Positions 11,223 to 23,346 of a stretch of 64,000 nt of DNA are shown here, one piece after another. Position 1 is the first letter of the stretch; every line of letters starts with the position of its first letter. This stretch comes from Chrysomallon squamiferum (lineage: Eukaryota; Animalia; Mollusca): positions 744,001 through 808,000 of the forward strand of contig CM022668.1 of the NCBI GenBank assembly GCA_012295275.1, read 5' to 3'. Below the pieces are notes generated by a model. That model saw nothing but the letters and a program-made list of their open reading frames with translations, was not told the origin of the DNA and did not search any database. The translations under genes and the position numbers were made by a program.

Positions 11223-11706
11223 TATTGTTACATACATGTGTATTAATATATAGCATCACTCAGCCACATAGTTTTGCTTAACAAAGTACAGTATTATATC
11301 AGAGTTTAATATTACACATATACACATACATGTACACACACATTATAAATACATATGCATATATGTATAATTACACGCATAGATACATGCAGACACGTTC
11401 ATACAGATATATCTCATTTAAATACGCATACCAGTTAAAATATCTGCCAGAATATCATTTTTACATTAGGTACATCTGTTTGAATGTGTCTATATGTATG
11501 AATGTACTTTCATCTATGAACATGTGAAAGCATTCATATATGTATGTTTTTGAGTGTGTGTATATTTATTTTAATATGTGTGTGTATGTTTGTGAGTGTG
11601 TGTTTGTGTGTGTGTGATATTAAACTCTGATATAATATTGTACTTTGTTAAGCAAAACCAAATGGCTAAGTGATGCTGTATATTAATATGCATGTATGTA
11701 ACAATA
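11223..11706. mobile_element. MITE / foldback element with about 100-bp terminal inverted repeats
   Basis: TATTGTTACATACATG...GTTTTGCTTAACAAAGTACA.TATTATATCAGAGTTTAATAT (11223-11312) is mirrored by 11617-11706; interior is CA-rich then TG-rich. Confidence 0.75.
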
Positions 11707-12394
11707 TTGAGAGAGGGTTACTGTGATCGTTTTGAATAACTTAATAGTACCTAGAGGTAAGGTTACAAGTGGGAAATGACGGTAACTTAAAATGTTTTGA
11801 TTTTTCAAGATTTGGTCTGGATTTCCTAAATCTGTGAAAATGTAGTTCATGAAATAGTGTCAACAGTATATTTTTGTTCTTTTTTCTTAACTGTTAGTAG
11901 TAATATTACTCCCTAAGGTGACAGTGTAACAACTAGGAAGCCGAGTCTTTTACATCATGCTAGGTTGAAGACATATGATTAGCCGTTCACTCAGATATGA
12001 CCTGTGTTGTTACAAGGTGTGTACAAATGAGATAATAGCACTGGTTTTATATACAGACAAGACATTGTAACATTGGTGAACTATAGGATCGTGCTGTATC
12101 AGTTAATAAAACCACGTTTTACTCACTTAATAATACTTATGTCCTTAGTGACAACCATATATAATTTCATGCTTTAAAAAAATTAAAAATTAAAAATTAA
12201 AAATTAAATTAAAAAAAAAAGCAAATACATGTAGTTTTGAAACTTAGAAAGTAGTTCTTCTTTCATAACAATTTTGAACGAGCGAAAAAAAACCCAACAA
12301 TAGTCATGTCTTTAATTGTTGTCACATATGGTACCCAAGTAAAATTCACTCTCACAACAAAACAAACAAACAAACAAACAAAAATAAATAAATA

Positions 12395-12428
<34 letters not shown>

Positions 12429-13088
12429 TGGATAAAAGAAAATACAGTGTATTAGTCTAATCATGAGTGTTTAAATCTATTTAGTTTCAATGAGCCAGCC
12501 GTTCAAATTAATGTGGCTGTATGTCTCAACTACTTCCGCAGTCACGTATCAGATGTAGTTGCTATTTGTGTGTATTTCTGTCTCTTAGAAAATGCATCAA
12601 TAAAGTGCAGTTTTGATATTCGAGAGTTATCATTTTCTTTAACCTTTTAATAATACTGAGAGCCTCACAAAACCTGAAACCTATAAAATCTTAATGATAT
12701 CAAATACAATTAAAAAATGTAACCTTGATTGACAAAGTAATTGATTTTTATCAAAAGCATTTGATATTATATTTATTGTATTGCTCTGTTATCTCTGTCT
12801 ATCACACACAATGAATGTAATGATATCCATTTTGTGAGTATTTGTCATTTATAATTTTAAAAATGATCATAGATGTTTAAAGTTTAAGCAGTTAGCATTA
12901 TCACACTGTAGACATAAATCCATGAACATAAATGTGAACACGAGTGTATGGAAACACATTAACACCAATACACAATACCTATGATGTATTTCTTTACTTG
13001 CAGACATACAAGTGGTGCCCATGATTCTGTATAGACTTGATGAAATACGTTTCTGTTGACCTATAAACGTTTTTGTCTATGTGTGCAA

Positions 13089-14825
13089 ATGGAGAAAAAA
13101 GAAGAAAAAGTTATTAAACATCTTGGCAGCTTTTATACAGAAGATCCTAGTATTTTAAACGAGAAAAGCTCGGCTGTTTCAACACACATTTATGGTAATT
13201 ATTCACAAATCGAAAACAGCAATGTGCGAGTTGTATATCACGTAATCGATGAAGAGGAAATTGTATATACTTCTGATGATACAGATTTTGATTTATCAAC
13301 AGTAGATGCAGAAGGCCAAAGCGTGCGCCAACAAATCAGAACACATCCAGGTTCTTATAAATCGTTAGATAAACCAGTTGCGGCAGTTCATAAATCAGAA
13401 GTAAAACCAGAAAAACCAGTTGCCACTGCTCACAAGTCAGCAGTAAACCCAGATAAACTGGTTGTGGCAGCTCACATATCAGAAGTGAAACCAGATAAAC
13501 CAGCTGCGGCAGCTCGCATATCAGAAGTAAAACCAGATATGCAACGATCAAAGAGAGTAGAGTCTGACAATAGAGAGGAAGAAAATAAGAATTATGTTAC
13601 AACACCAACCACAGTCCACAAACAAGAAGCAATTTGTTCTTGTAAACAAGCATGTAGACCTGGTAAAGGAGCAGTAGGAGGAGCATCTATGTTTGGTAAA
13701 AGAGCAGGATGTGAAAAATGTATGGTGTGTACAAAAGAACAAACCTGTCTGAGAACTGCTTGTTACAGAGATTACTTACAAGGAGCAGCAGGATATGGAC
13801 AAAAAACATTTGCTAATATAATGAATGGACAAGCATTCATAAACAGAACAGTCAATTATGAACAAGGATCAACTGATAGAGCACAATGCAGAGAAAGATA
13901 TGAGCAAGCAGTATGCGGAAGGGTAGAAAGGGAAACATTTCCAGGCTGTAAAGTAGGGTATGAAGCAGCTTTAGGCAACAGAAAAGGTTATGCAGGAGCA
14001 TCAGGCTGGAAAAAAGAGTATGGATGTATAGCAGACAACAAGGATGAATGTAGAAATGTGGCGGGCGTTAGGCCGGGTACCGGACATTCATCGGGCTCCA
14101 CAGAGAACAGTACAGCTATACCAGAGTACAGAGAGGGATATGGATATGTATCACACGGTGAGATAGTATTTGGAGATGTATCAGATGAAAAGGCGCAATG
14201 TGTTTGTGAATCAAGATACAAGAAGAGCTCTACTGGTGCATGTCAAAAGAAGTGTCAATGCAAATTAGAGTACACAGAGGGATATGGATATGTATCGAAC
14301 GATGTGGCTTTAGATCGCCAGATTGGTAATGAAAGACAGAAAGGAGGCTGTGGAATACAAGACAAAGTATTGAAGTGCAAACTAAAGTTGCTTGGCCAAG
14401 ATGAGGCTACATGTTTTAATCCAGATGAAGCACAAAGATATCAGTCAAACACAAGAAAATCGCCATATTGCGATTTGAACTATACAACGTCTGCAAAGCC
14501 TTATAGTTCAGGTATTTGCTATGAGCGTAAAAGTCCGGTAGGATCATTCACAGATTGGAATAAATGTTTCATTTGCCAAGAACATGGTACAGAATATTTA
14601 TGCAGTCCATCACAGGATGGCTGCGACTATGGTAAATTAGCTGAAGATATTATAGCCAATATCATCAATGGAAACATGAACATCAACCTACAGCGTGTGG
14701 ATAACGGTTGTGGCGTGGAAAATACACTGCGGGAAAACAGAGCTAAGTATCATCAAAGCTGCAAACTTCAGTATCAGCCAGCCACTTTTTCTACTCTGAA
14801 AGAGAGACAGCGTGCTTTATGTTGA
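13089..14825 (+). CDS. Uncharacterised 578-aa protein, paralog of gene B, with 4 x 14-aa repeat and the same C-terminal module (cluster gene C)
   Basis: 1.7-kb open frame; ATG in the same GTGCAAATG context as gene B; homologous acceptor TTGCAG (AG 13002-13003); last 97 aa differ from gene B at 2 positions; AATAAA at 15234. Confidence 0.85.
   Translation: MEKKEEKVIKHLGSFYTEDPSILNEKSSAVSTHIYGNYSQIENSNVRVVYHVIDEEEIVYTSDDTDFDLSTVDAEGQSVRQQIRTHPGSYKSLDKPVAAVHKSEVKPEKPVATAHKSAVNPDKLVVAAHISEVKPDKPAAAARISEVKPDMQRSKRVESDNREEENKNYVTTPTTVHKQEAICSCKQACRPGKGAVGGASMFGKRAGCEKCMVCTKEQTCLRTACYRDYLQGAAGYGQKTFANIMNGQAFINRTVNYEQGSTDRAQCRERYEQAVCGRVERETFPGCKVGYEAALGNRKGYAGASGWKKEYGCIADNKDECRNVAGVRPGTGHSSGSTENSTAIPEYREGYGYVSHGEIVFGDVSDEKAQCVCESRYKKSSTGACQKKCQCKLEYTEGYGYVSNDVALDRQIGNERQKGGCGIQDKVLKCKLKLLGQDEATCFNPDEAQRYQSNTRKSPYCDLNYTTSAKPYSSGICYERKSPVGSFTDWNKCFICQEHGTEYLCSPSQDGCDYGKLAEDIIANIINGNMNINLQRVDNGCGVENTLRENRAKYHQSCKLQYQPATFSTLKERQRALC
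13368..13535 (+). repeat. Coding 42-bp tandem repeat x4 (DKPVAAVHKSEVKP)
   Basis: Direct reading of DNA and protein. Confidence 0.9.
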
Positions 14826-15869
14826 TACATAACACATTAATTAATTACTTATTTAATTAACAAATATGTTTCTAGGTAACTTTAAAATAAATATATATAT
14901 TTTTTTTGTTTGTAATTTTATTTTATTTTAGTTTTGTTGTTGCTGTTGTTGTTGTTTTTGTTTTTTCCTCTTGATTTAGAGTTTACTAGTATTATTTTAT
15001 TTTATTTAAATGATCATTATCATTTCACCATTATCCTCTACAGTTAGTTATCATCATCTTTATTATGTTGTTGATGTTGTTGTTGTTCTTGTCCATACTG
15101 TTATTTTTATTTTTATTAATATTTTTTAGTCATCATTTGTTTTGGTTTTGATTATTTAAATCATATATAGATGAATTTGTAAAAAACATTGTTTTGTTTG
15201 ATGGATATTATGTAGAATCATGCATACTATAATAATAAACAACTACAAGAAGTTTTGTTTCTCTTTCAATGGAAGTACATTTTAAATGGTTGTTATTTTA
15301 GTTATTGATATCAGTGATTACAAAAAGAAAAGAAACCAAATATGTTATAAAACAAAATAACAATCTTCATAAAGGTGTGGTGATAACAATAAGGACAACA
15401 CCATCAATAACACAATTATAACATAATACCAGAAACATCAACAATCACAATAACAAAACTATTTTCACCAGCTACTACAACTACTGCTATTGTTAACAAT
15501 GCAGTTACTCCTACTAATGTCATTACTATTACATCAATACAACAAATACATTAAACTGAAAGAGCATCAAGATAATTATATACTGACTCCCTATAAATAG
15601 GTGAACAAATCACTTGCAAATTAACTGTAGTTAATTAACTTGTTTAATCTGCTAAAATAATGTGCTCAGTTTTAGATTTATGGGCAAAGTGATGAACCTT
15701 CATGTTTTGAATGTATTTATTAAAAAAAGGTATAAAAAAAAATTGCTACATATAATAACATGCTACCAAGAACAAGAAACGTATAAGCTGTGAAACCCAA
15801 ACATAGAAACAGTGGAAAGAAAAGTTAGAAAATGTTTTTTTCCTGTTTATTCTGGACCAAAAATTAAAT

Positions 15870-16860
15870 GACAGTTTTGAAACTAAGTAATTTCTGCCTC
15901 ACCTGCAAGTTGACCCATTGGGCTAATTGTACATAAATGGCAGTAGTTCAGTCTCAACTTGAAAGTTAAAGGAAAAGCTATGGGTTTTTTTGTGGGTGTT
16001 TTTCTTCTTCTTCTTTTTTTGTTGAATAAGAATTTACACCTTCCTCTTTTTTCAAATGTTTTGGAGCCAGTAACAAATTCTGTTTCTTTGGCAGATCAAT
16101 TTTAGAGTTTACTTGATCCACTGTGGTTTTGATCCCACAGACATTCTACTTTTGCTGTCTTCATTAGTATCAGCAAATAGAATTTATTGCCTGGAAATGT
16201 CACTGATTCATGATGCACCCTTCTGCTACAGCAAGCAGATTACAGTCCTATCTGTGCATTTCCAGGCAGAATATGTATAAATACCTTCTCATGGTACATT
16301 TGTACTTCCCAGTGCACCTTTCCAGTAGATCCATACCATTAACATGTTGTATTCTTTCACTGTTTTGGGTCTATCAGTCAGTCTAAAAAAAAACTTTTTC
16401 ACCCTTTCTTGTCCCATCTGCAAATCTTGTTGATAGGGCTGACTGTCATATGGTTTGAAAGTAAAATGATAGGTCTATTATCATACCCAGAGATATGTTA
16501 GTGCTCATTTCACTTCAATCCTTTTCCTTTAATTTTTCTCTGTGGAAGATCAGTTCTGGTTAGTCTGATTAGTATCTATATAGAGAAATTTGCATTTTTT
16601 CAAAAGACACCCCAGTGAAATAAACCATCTGCATAAATCAAAAGCATCAAGCAATGATCGGCATCTGCACCCAACCTGATTGAAATTGGGTCTTTTTTCT
16701 TCTTCTTGTACTTCCTTGATAAACTTCAAAATGAGATATCACTTGTTCAACATCAAGGCCAAATTTAAAATTTACTTGCCTTTTGTAATGAATGTTGAGG
16801 CAATATTTGTAGACAGCTAGCACAGTGTTTTCTAACCATGAATGAATCTTCCCTGACCTA
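15870..16860 (-). pseudogene. Degenerate piggyBac-family transposase remnant
   Basis: Minus-strand fragments in the expected order: SHFEVYQGS (~16710-16740), YDNRPIILLSN...ICRWDKK (~16405-16485), DRPKTVKEYN then frameshifted GMDLL (~16323-16375), KRGRCK (~16030-16050). Stops and frameshifts present; termini not found. Confidence 0.7.
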
Positions 16861-19800
16861 TGTTTTTCTTCTCATTATAAATACAGTATAAATACAATAT
16901 ATTTTATAATGAACTTCAAAAAAAAAATAATATATGACCCATTCTCAAAAGTTGAGCCCTGATATGTGACACAAAGGCAATATAAAGATAATTATTTTTA
17001 AATGTAAATATTAATAGAAAATCTTACTACTATTTTTTTATAAATTTAAAAGCTAGAAGATAGTTTGAGACCTGTTGTTGATGTTAAACGCCGATATTGT
17101 AAAACAGCCCAGTGTGATCACATTTGACTGATAACATGAAAAGAAATCAAACAAGATGTTATAACTGGAACATGTTGCTAAATGTGTATTAAGTTGATTA
17201 ACTGATGAAGATAGGCTACTTTGAACACCTGAAAAAAAGAAATATTTCATAAATATTCCTTTATTGTTGATTTAGGAGGGAAATGTTATGTCATCAGTAA
17301 CATCCAATCAGGGTCCTTTTAATATTTTTGTTTTATATGAAAGCAATTTAAAAAACCAAGTTTTTACATTGTAAGTTTTAAAAAGCAAAGAAATTCATAA
17401 AACATTTGATAATACAATACAATAAAATATTCAAAACCATTTGGATTGTTTTGTGTCCTGCTTTTTGTGAAGTTTATGAGGTTCTGGGTCAGCACTGATC
17501 ATTTCAAATGGGCATTTGCATCTTTCTTTATTGGCTTTTTTCACATGTGACTGTGTTTTCTGGCTGCAGTGCTGTTAATTAAAAGTAAATGTGTTTACTT
17601 ACTGTTAATAATAATTAGAGTAATCTAAATGACAGAACTATAGATGAGAAATAATTTTTTATAAAATGTAAACATAATCATACTCCACCAATTAACATCT
17701 TCGTTCAAAGGTTTCTTTTATAAATAAAATTAAATGATAGAATTATATTCAGCAATTCTTCACTTCAACTGAAGCATTAATATTATCAGACAGCAGTTAG
17801 AATAAGATGATTGTTGATTGTGATAAAAAAAAAACAATATAAGCAACTTCGTACAAAAAGGCAAAGGTTTTGTTTTGGATAACACTTAATAGCAGAGACG
17901 CAATTTACGATTATTTGAATATTGTTGTTTGCGTCGTTTTCACGCGGGAATTGTCATACACGTTTCAGTTCGTTTGCTCAAATAAACCATTTTTGTTTAA
18001 CGTTGTAATGTTTTACTGCATTTACAACACGGTGGGAAAAAATCGTTATATATAGTGAAAAGGTAGGTTCACTTTTAACATGGTACGGCAAATCATCAGT
18101 ACAGTTCAGCTTTTGAGAATTGGTCTCATATATAAATGATTATATGTCGCAGGTTTTGGCAGTTCAAACGCAAACATTTTCAAGTTTATATTTTTAAACT
18201 GATAATCTTATTTACAATACTGAATACATACCAATCCTCATACCATTTACATTCACAAAGTTAAAACTTCAAGAATATGTAGCTTTTAAGATTTATATTA
18301 AAACTAAAACTAACCCTGCTTTTGAACTTACACGTACCGATAGATGTTGAAGGTTATGAAATAGCAAAAGTGAAGGATATGAATATTTCAACATGCCAGT
18401 CTGCACAGCAAAGAACTGGTCATACGTAACACACCTGACCGCGTCACAGGTACAATGAAAAGTTAAAAGGAGAACAATGGGTTATTTCCCTTGGTGCATA
18501 AGAACTAAATTAATGTTAACACTGACATTCAGTTAAATTAACTATAATTTCTTAAAACAGTTTCAGTGTCATAACAAGGAAAAGAAAGAAAGAATAGTAA
18601 ATTTAAACGTAAACTGTGAATGCTGCAATAATAATAATTTAATGCAATTTTTTATTTGAATTATGTCTTCTGAAACTGCGTAATAAATCTTTTCCTTTTT
18701 GATGTCCAACTTAGTAACTATATAAGAAATATTCATTTAACTTGAGCGGTTAAGTAAATTAATTGCAAACAACGCTAATAAGACATAGTAAATGATTATG
18801 GTGTATATATGATTTGATGACGATTGTTGTGGAAACGTGATGATGATGATATTGTTGACAGCAGGGATGATGATGTATGATACCTATTACAATCCAAACA
18901 AACACACACAATGAAAATTCTTTTTCGAATTTTAATAAAATAAAATTTACGAGATAATATAACGGAATGTAGGACATAAGACCCCCGAATCCTTAAATGG
19001 ATTGGCGGACAAATGCCCCACAGATGAAATGCATAGTAGGACAAAAGCACTCCACACAGAAGAACAAAAGTAATAATGGCTTTGCGAACAACCACTTTAT
19101 TAAAGCATACATGGACATATTTTTTTTATCAAAATCAGCATAATAATGGCATGATTATCAGTTTAATTTGTTTGATCAATATAATTAATTTCTACGATAA
19201 TAATCACAATTAAGATGCAAAATGCAATTTGAAGACAGAATTTATTTCAAAGCATACATAGACATATCACATGAAATAAGATAACGTACAGTAGAACATT
19301 CTGGGAATTTCGGCATAAGTGAACATAATTTCTGAAAAGTAATCTCAAAAGCTAACAAAAATTCCAGGTATGGTTACTATGACTTCAAAACAAAATCATT
19401 TCACATTTTATTAATGTATGCTGTGTCACTGGTTATATAGATACCTTTAAAGTTAGTCATTTATTAAAGCTGATCACACCCAGATTTTGATAATTTTATG
19501 TCCGGAAAAATATTAAGCAATGGTAAAATATATATATATTTATTTTACGTTGAGAAGCGTTTATACAACCTTGTTTTGGGTTGTTTTTTTTTTTTTTTTT
19601 TTTGGTATGTTGTTGTTGTTTTTGTTATGTAAGGCGGAGATTTGTCTTACCTTGTTGTTGTTTTTTTCAACTGGGAGGGTTTTCTGCGCCTGTACATTTT
19701 TTTTATTTATTTATTTTTTTTTTTATGCTGGGAGATTTATGTCCGTATCTCAGTATCATATTATCGTAATGATCTTAAAGCTCCGGTTCCAATAGTTTCA

Positions 19801-20120
19801 TAATTATTCGGAATAATCCGGATGTGTTCGTATTTTAATTTAATAATACATGTAGATCATTGAAATGTAAACTGAAAATGTCAAAGCTGACAGAAAGGCG
19901 AAAGCAATAAAAGGTGTACAAACATATTTTCATGGTTGCATTAAATCATGCAGGTTTTTTTTTTCAAACCATACCTGTGTTCGATAGACGTCGTTAAAAG
20001 TCGGTATATTCCGCAAAACCCCACCCACCTTCGCATAATTTTTCTTTTGAACTGAGAGAAAGTTTCAGAAGGCGTCCAAGTCGAACTTTATCACAACAAG
20101 TTGATTCTCTGCAAAGAAAA

Positions 20121-20450
20121 ATGTCTGCAGATTGGCAACACGGTTTGTGTGGTTGTTTTGATAATCTTGGCATCTGCATTGTTGCATATTTTGTCCCATG
20201 TTACACATTTGGGAAGAATGCTGAGGCGGTTGGTGAAGGCTGCCTTCCATGCGGCGTCGCCTTTCTCGTGCCTTTAGTGAACATTTTCGCATGGCTCAAA
20301 ATTCGAGGAAAGATTCGGGAACAGCGAGGTATAGCCGGGTCCACCATCAACGATCTGCTTCTCATCTGTTGTTGTGGGATTTGTGCTTTAGTTCAGGAGG
20401 CTCAAGAAGTGCAAGGCGCACCAGGAAATGTGGGCATGGCTCGCGAGTAG
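20121..20450 (+). CDS. PLAC8 / cornifelin-family cysteine-rich protein, 109 aa, single coding exon
   Basis: WQHGLCGCFDN..IC...YFVPC, RGKIREQRGIAGS..ND...CCC.ICALVQE are the PLAC8-family signature motifs. Confidence 0.93.
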   Translation: MSADWQHGLCGCFDNLGICIVAYFVPCYTFGKNAEAVGEGCLPCGVAFLVPLVNIFAWLKIRGKIREQRGIAGSTINDLLLICCCGICALVQEAQEVQGAPGNVGMARE

Positions 20451-22647
20451 TCATTTAACACTGACTTTTACTTTAGCTGATTTTTATGACAACATAATAA
20501 TAATAATCTATATTTTATTTTATATTGATATTTGTATTTTATTTATTATTATTTTTATTATTATTTTATTTTTATGTTTTTTATTTTTACTAAATGCAGA
20601 TTATAAAACTGATTGTTGTATGATATTATCAAAAAAGACGAAACACATTACAACCCGCAGTATTAAAGAAAAGCAGACATGTCATCTAAATTTCCTCTGA
20701 TTACTTTGATCATTTTTTGACGCAGGTTTAACATTCAGGTGAATGTCCTTTATACATTCATTAAATCTGTTGCATCTGCAAATACTCAACGGACACATGG
20801 AATCCTGTATTATTCTTTGTTGGCTGATGTTGTGCAATCAACCAGAACATGTGCTGTGACCTTTTAAAACGATCTCCTTGACCTGGTTATTGTTAGCCTG
20901 CAGGGATGATCTCAAAACGTCATCGGGTATTCATCTGTTTTACGTACCGTAACCATTTGTAATCAGTGTGTGTTTTTAACCTGAATTTTCGTGAATCGTC
21001 AGTTTTCTCTATTATGTATTTTATTTTATTTACTACGAATGTCACTTATTTTGGAGTCGTTTTCAATCTCATTACAAAAATTGTCAAAATATTAATATGT
21101 ATATCGACATTTACTATAGATTTATTTTAAATATATATTTGAAAACAAATCACTGCATGTTCATGTAAAGCCTATTGTATTTCATATATATAAAAATATC
21201 TTTATACAGTTGAAATTATATTTCTATAAATACTAAAATTAAAATGTGTTTTTTTTTTATATTATTATTATTGAATAAAAAGCTACTCTTGAAACGGCCT
21301 CCAGTGAAAGTCTTTGTACGAGGCTGTCGTCAGATACAGCTGTATGATTTGATCGAACACTGAAACCGGTATTTCTTGTTGCATTGCAGTAATGGATAGG
21401 CAGGCTCGTGTTATTTATAGTGACATGTATCAGGAATGTATAACAATAACATCCAGGGATAGATAAAAGACGCCACCCAGAATTGTTTCAAACAATATTA
21501 AAGCAGTTAACCAAATACAAGAAATATAATAATTTGGAATTACAAATTATTGAATTAAATCACATATTCTTACCGCACATACGAATTAATATAATACAGT
21601 ATACCTTAATCATTTTCATATACACTGCATTATGTGTTGCTGTATTTGAGTCTCGCTAAATTTGCCTTGTTTTAAAGAGCCCCTGCTAATAAAGAAGTAA
21701 ACCTGGCAAAAAATGAAACTACGATAAACAACTACCAAAAATATTCACGGCAATTCTACCGTTAATGTATAATTATCTACCACAGCACTGCAAATACATC
21801 TTGTTAAAAATTGGGTTGGGGCTATTGCAAAATTCATATATAACTTTGATTTAAACATTTATAAACAAAATATTAGGAATAACATATCACTGATAAGCAT
21901 GTTTTATATTTTACGCGTCCATTCACACTGAGTAGATCACACAGTTTTAATAACTTGTTTATGAATTTAATACATGTAAGAAAAAGATAATTAAGTAGCT
22001 GATTTTAATTATTATATTTTAAGTAGATTTAAATACGTTAAAAAAGCCCAAATACATGAAAAACAAAAATAAACAATTTAAATAATATTAAATTCGAGCA
22101 CCAAACAGGTAAGTAGTCAAACAAGTCGTCAGTATAGTCATAAATACCAGAAATTACTTTATTAAATCTTTAATGTTATGTTTTATTAGTTAATAAATAT
22201 TTGATGAGTGTGATTGATTGCATTAACTGTAATGCGCCAGTTATGAAGGAGGAAACAAGCAGAACTGAAGCTAGAGTTGTATCAAAAAGAATTTTTTTTT
22301 ATTTCTATTATTATTATTACTTATTATTATTATTATTATTATTAATTTTAAATTTACATAGTTAAAGGTAATCATTTCTTTGCTTTTCATTTTTGTTTTG
22401 GGGAAAAAAATTCATAAGGTAAGATTTTGAATCCATAAAATTTAATGGTACGTATTTAAAAATTATTTTTAAATTATAAAAGTTTGCTAAAGAAAGAAGT
22501 ATTCAGATAAAAAAAAAAAAAAATTGCTGTTAACCTTTTTTTAAGTTGTTTGAAAAAATCAAACACCAACCTTTTTGTACTTAATCTAATCTACTAATGC
22601 CGTTTCATTTTGTTTTGTATAGCTTTTTAGAACTGCAATAGCAGTAA

Positions 22648-22679
<32 letters not shown>

Positions 22680-22866
22680 GGATATAAATAAATAAAAATA
22701 AAATAAATAAATAAATATTGCAAAATTGTTTTTTAAAAATTGTGGAACCTGAGATAAAGGTTAGACCTAAAATGCAAGATTTATTTATTATTGTTGTTGT
22801 TGTAGTTGTGGTATTTTAAATAGATGATTAATTTACATTAATTACGTAAAATAAATAACTGAACGT

Positions 22867-22898
<32 letters not shown>

Positions 22899-22947
22899 TT
22901 GATTTATTTATTATCTTTAAGAATAATAATAATATGGAATTTAGAAA

Positions 22948-23346
22948 ATGAATGTGAGAAGAACGTCAAAGGGTAAAAGTGATTTCACTTTCGAAGAAAA
23001 AAAGCGTAGAAGTGGAGATTTTAGCTTCATTCCCAGAACAGACTGGAACAAATGTTTTGTGTGTCAAAAGGACACTGCAGAATATCTATGCTGTCCAGCG
23101 GACGACACAGATCAACTTCTTCCAGGTTCAGATTATGGATCTATTGCTGAAGACCTCCTCAGTTTCGCCCAGATCGGCTACTTCGCAAAGAAGCTCAACC
23201 TAGCAAGACTCAACGAAGGCCACGGTATTGCCTTCACCTTACAGATGCGTAGAGCCAAAGTTCACGGATCGTGTAGACTTGAATTCACTAAAACTTTGCT
23301 AAGAAAGGAAATCAGAAAGAGAAAGTGCCAAAGAGTTAAAATTTAA
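22948..23346 (+). CDS. 132-aa basic protein made almost entirely of the TDWNKCFVCQ...VHGSC module (cluster gene D)
   Basis: Open frame in very AT-rich surroundings; aligns to the C-terminus of genes B/C (TDWNKCF.CQ...EYLC.P...DYG..AED...NL.R...G.G...TL...RAK.H.SC.L). Candidate upstream UTR-exon donor CAG|GTAAGT at 22109. Confidence 0.75.
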   Translation: MNVRRTSKGKSDFTFEEKKRRSGDFSFIPRTDWNKCFVCQKDTAEYLCCPADDTDQLLPGSDYGSIAEDLLSFAQIGYFAKKLNLARLNEGHGIAFTLQMRRAKVHGSCRLEFTKTLLRKEIRKRKCQRVKI

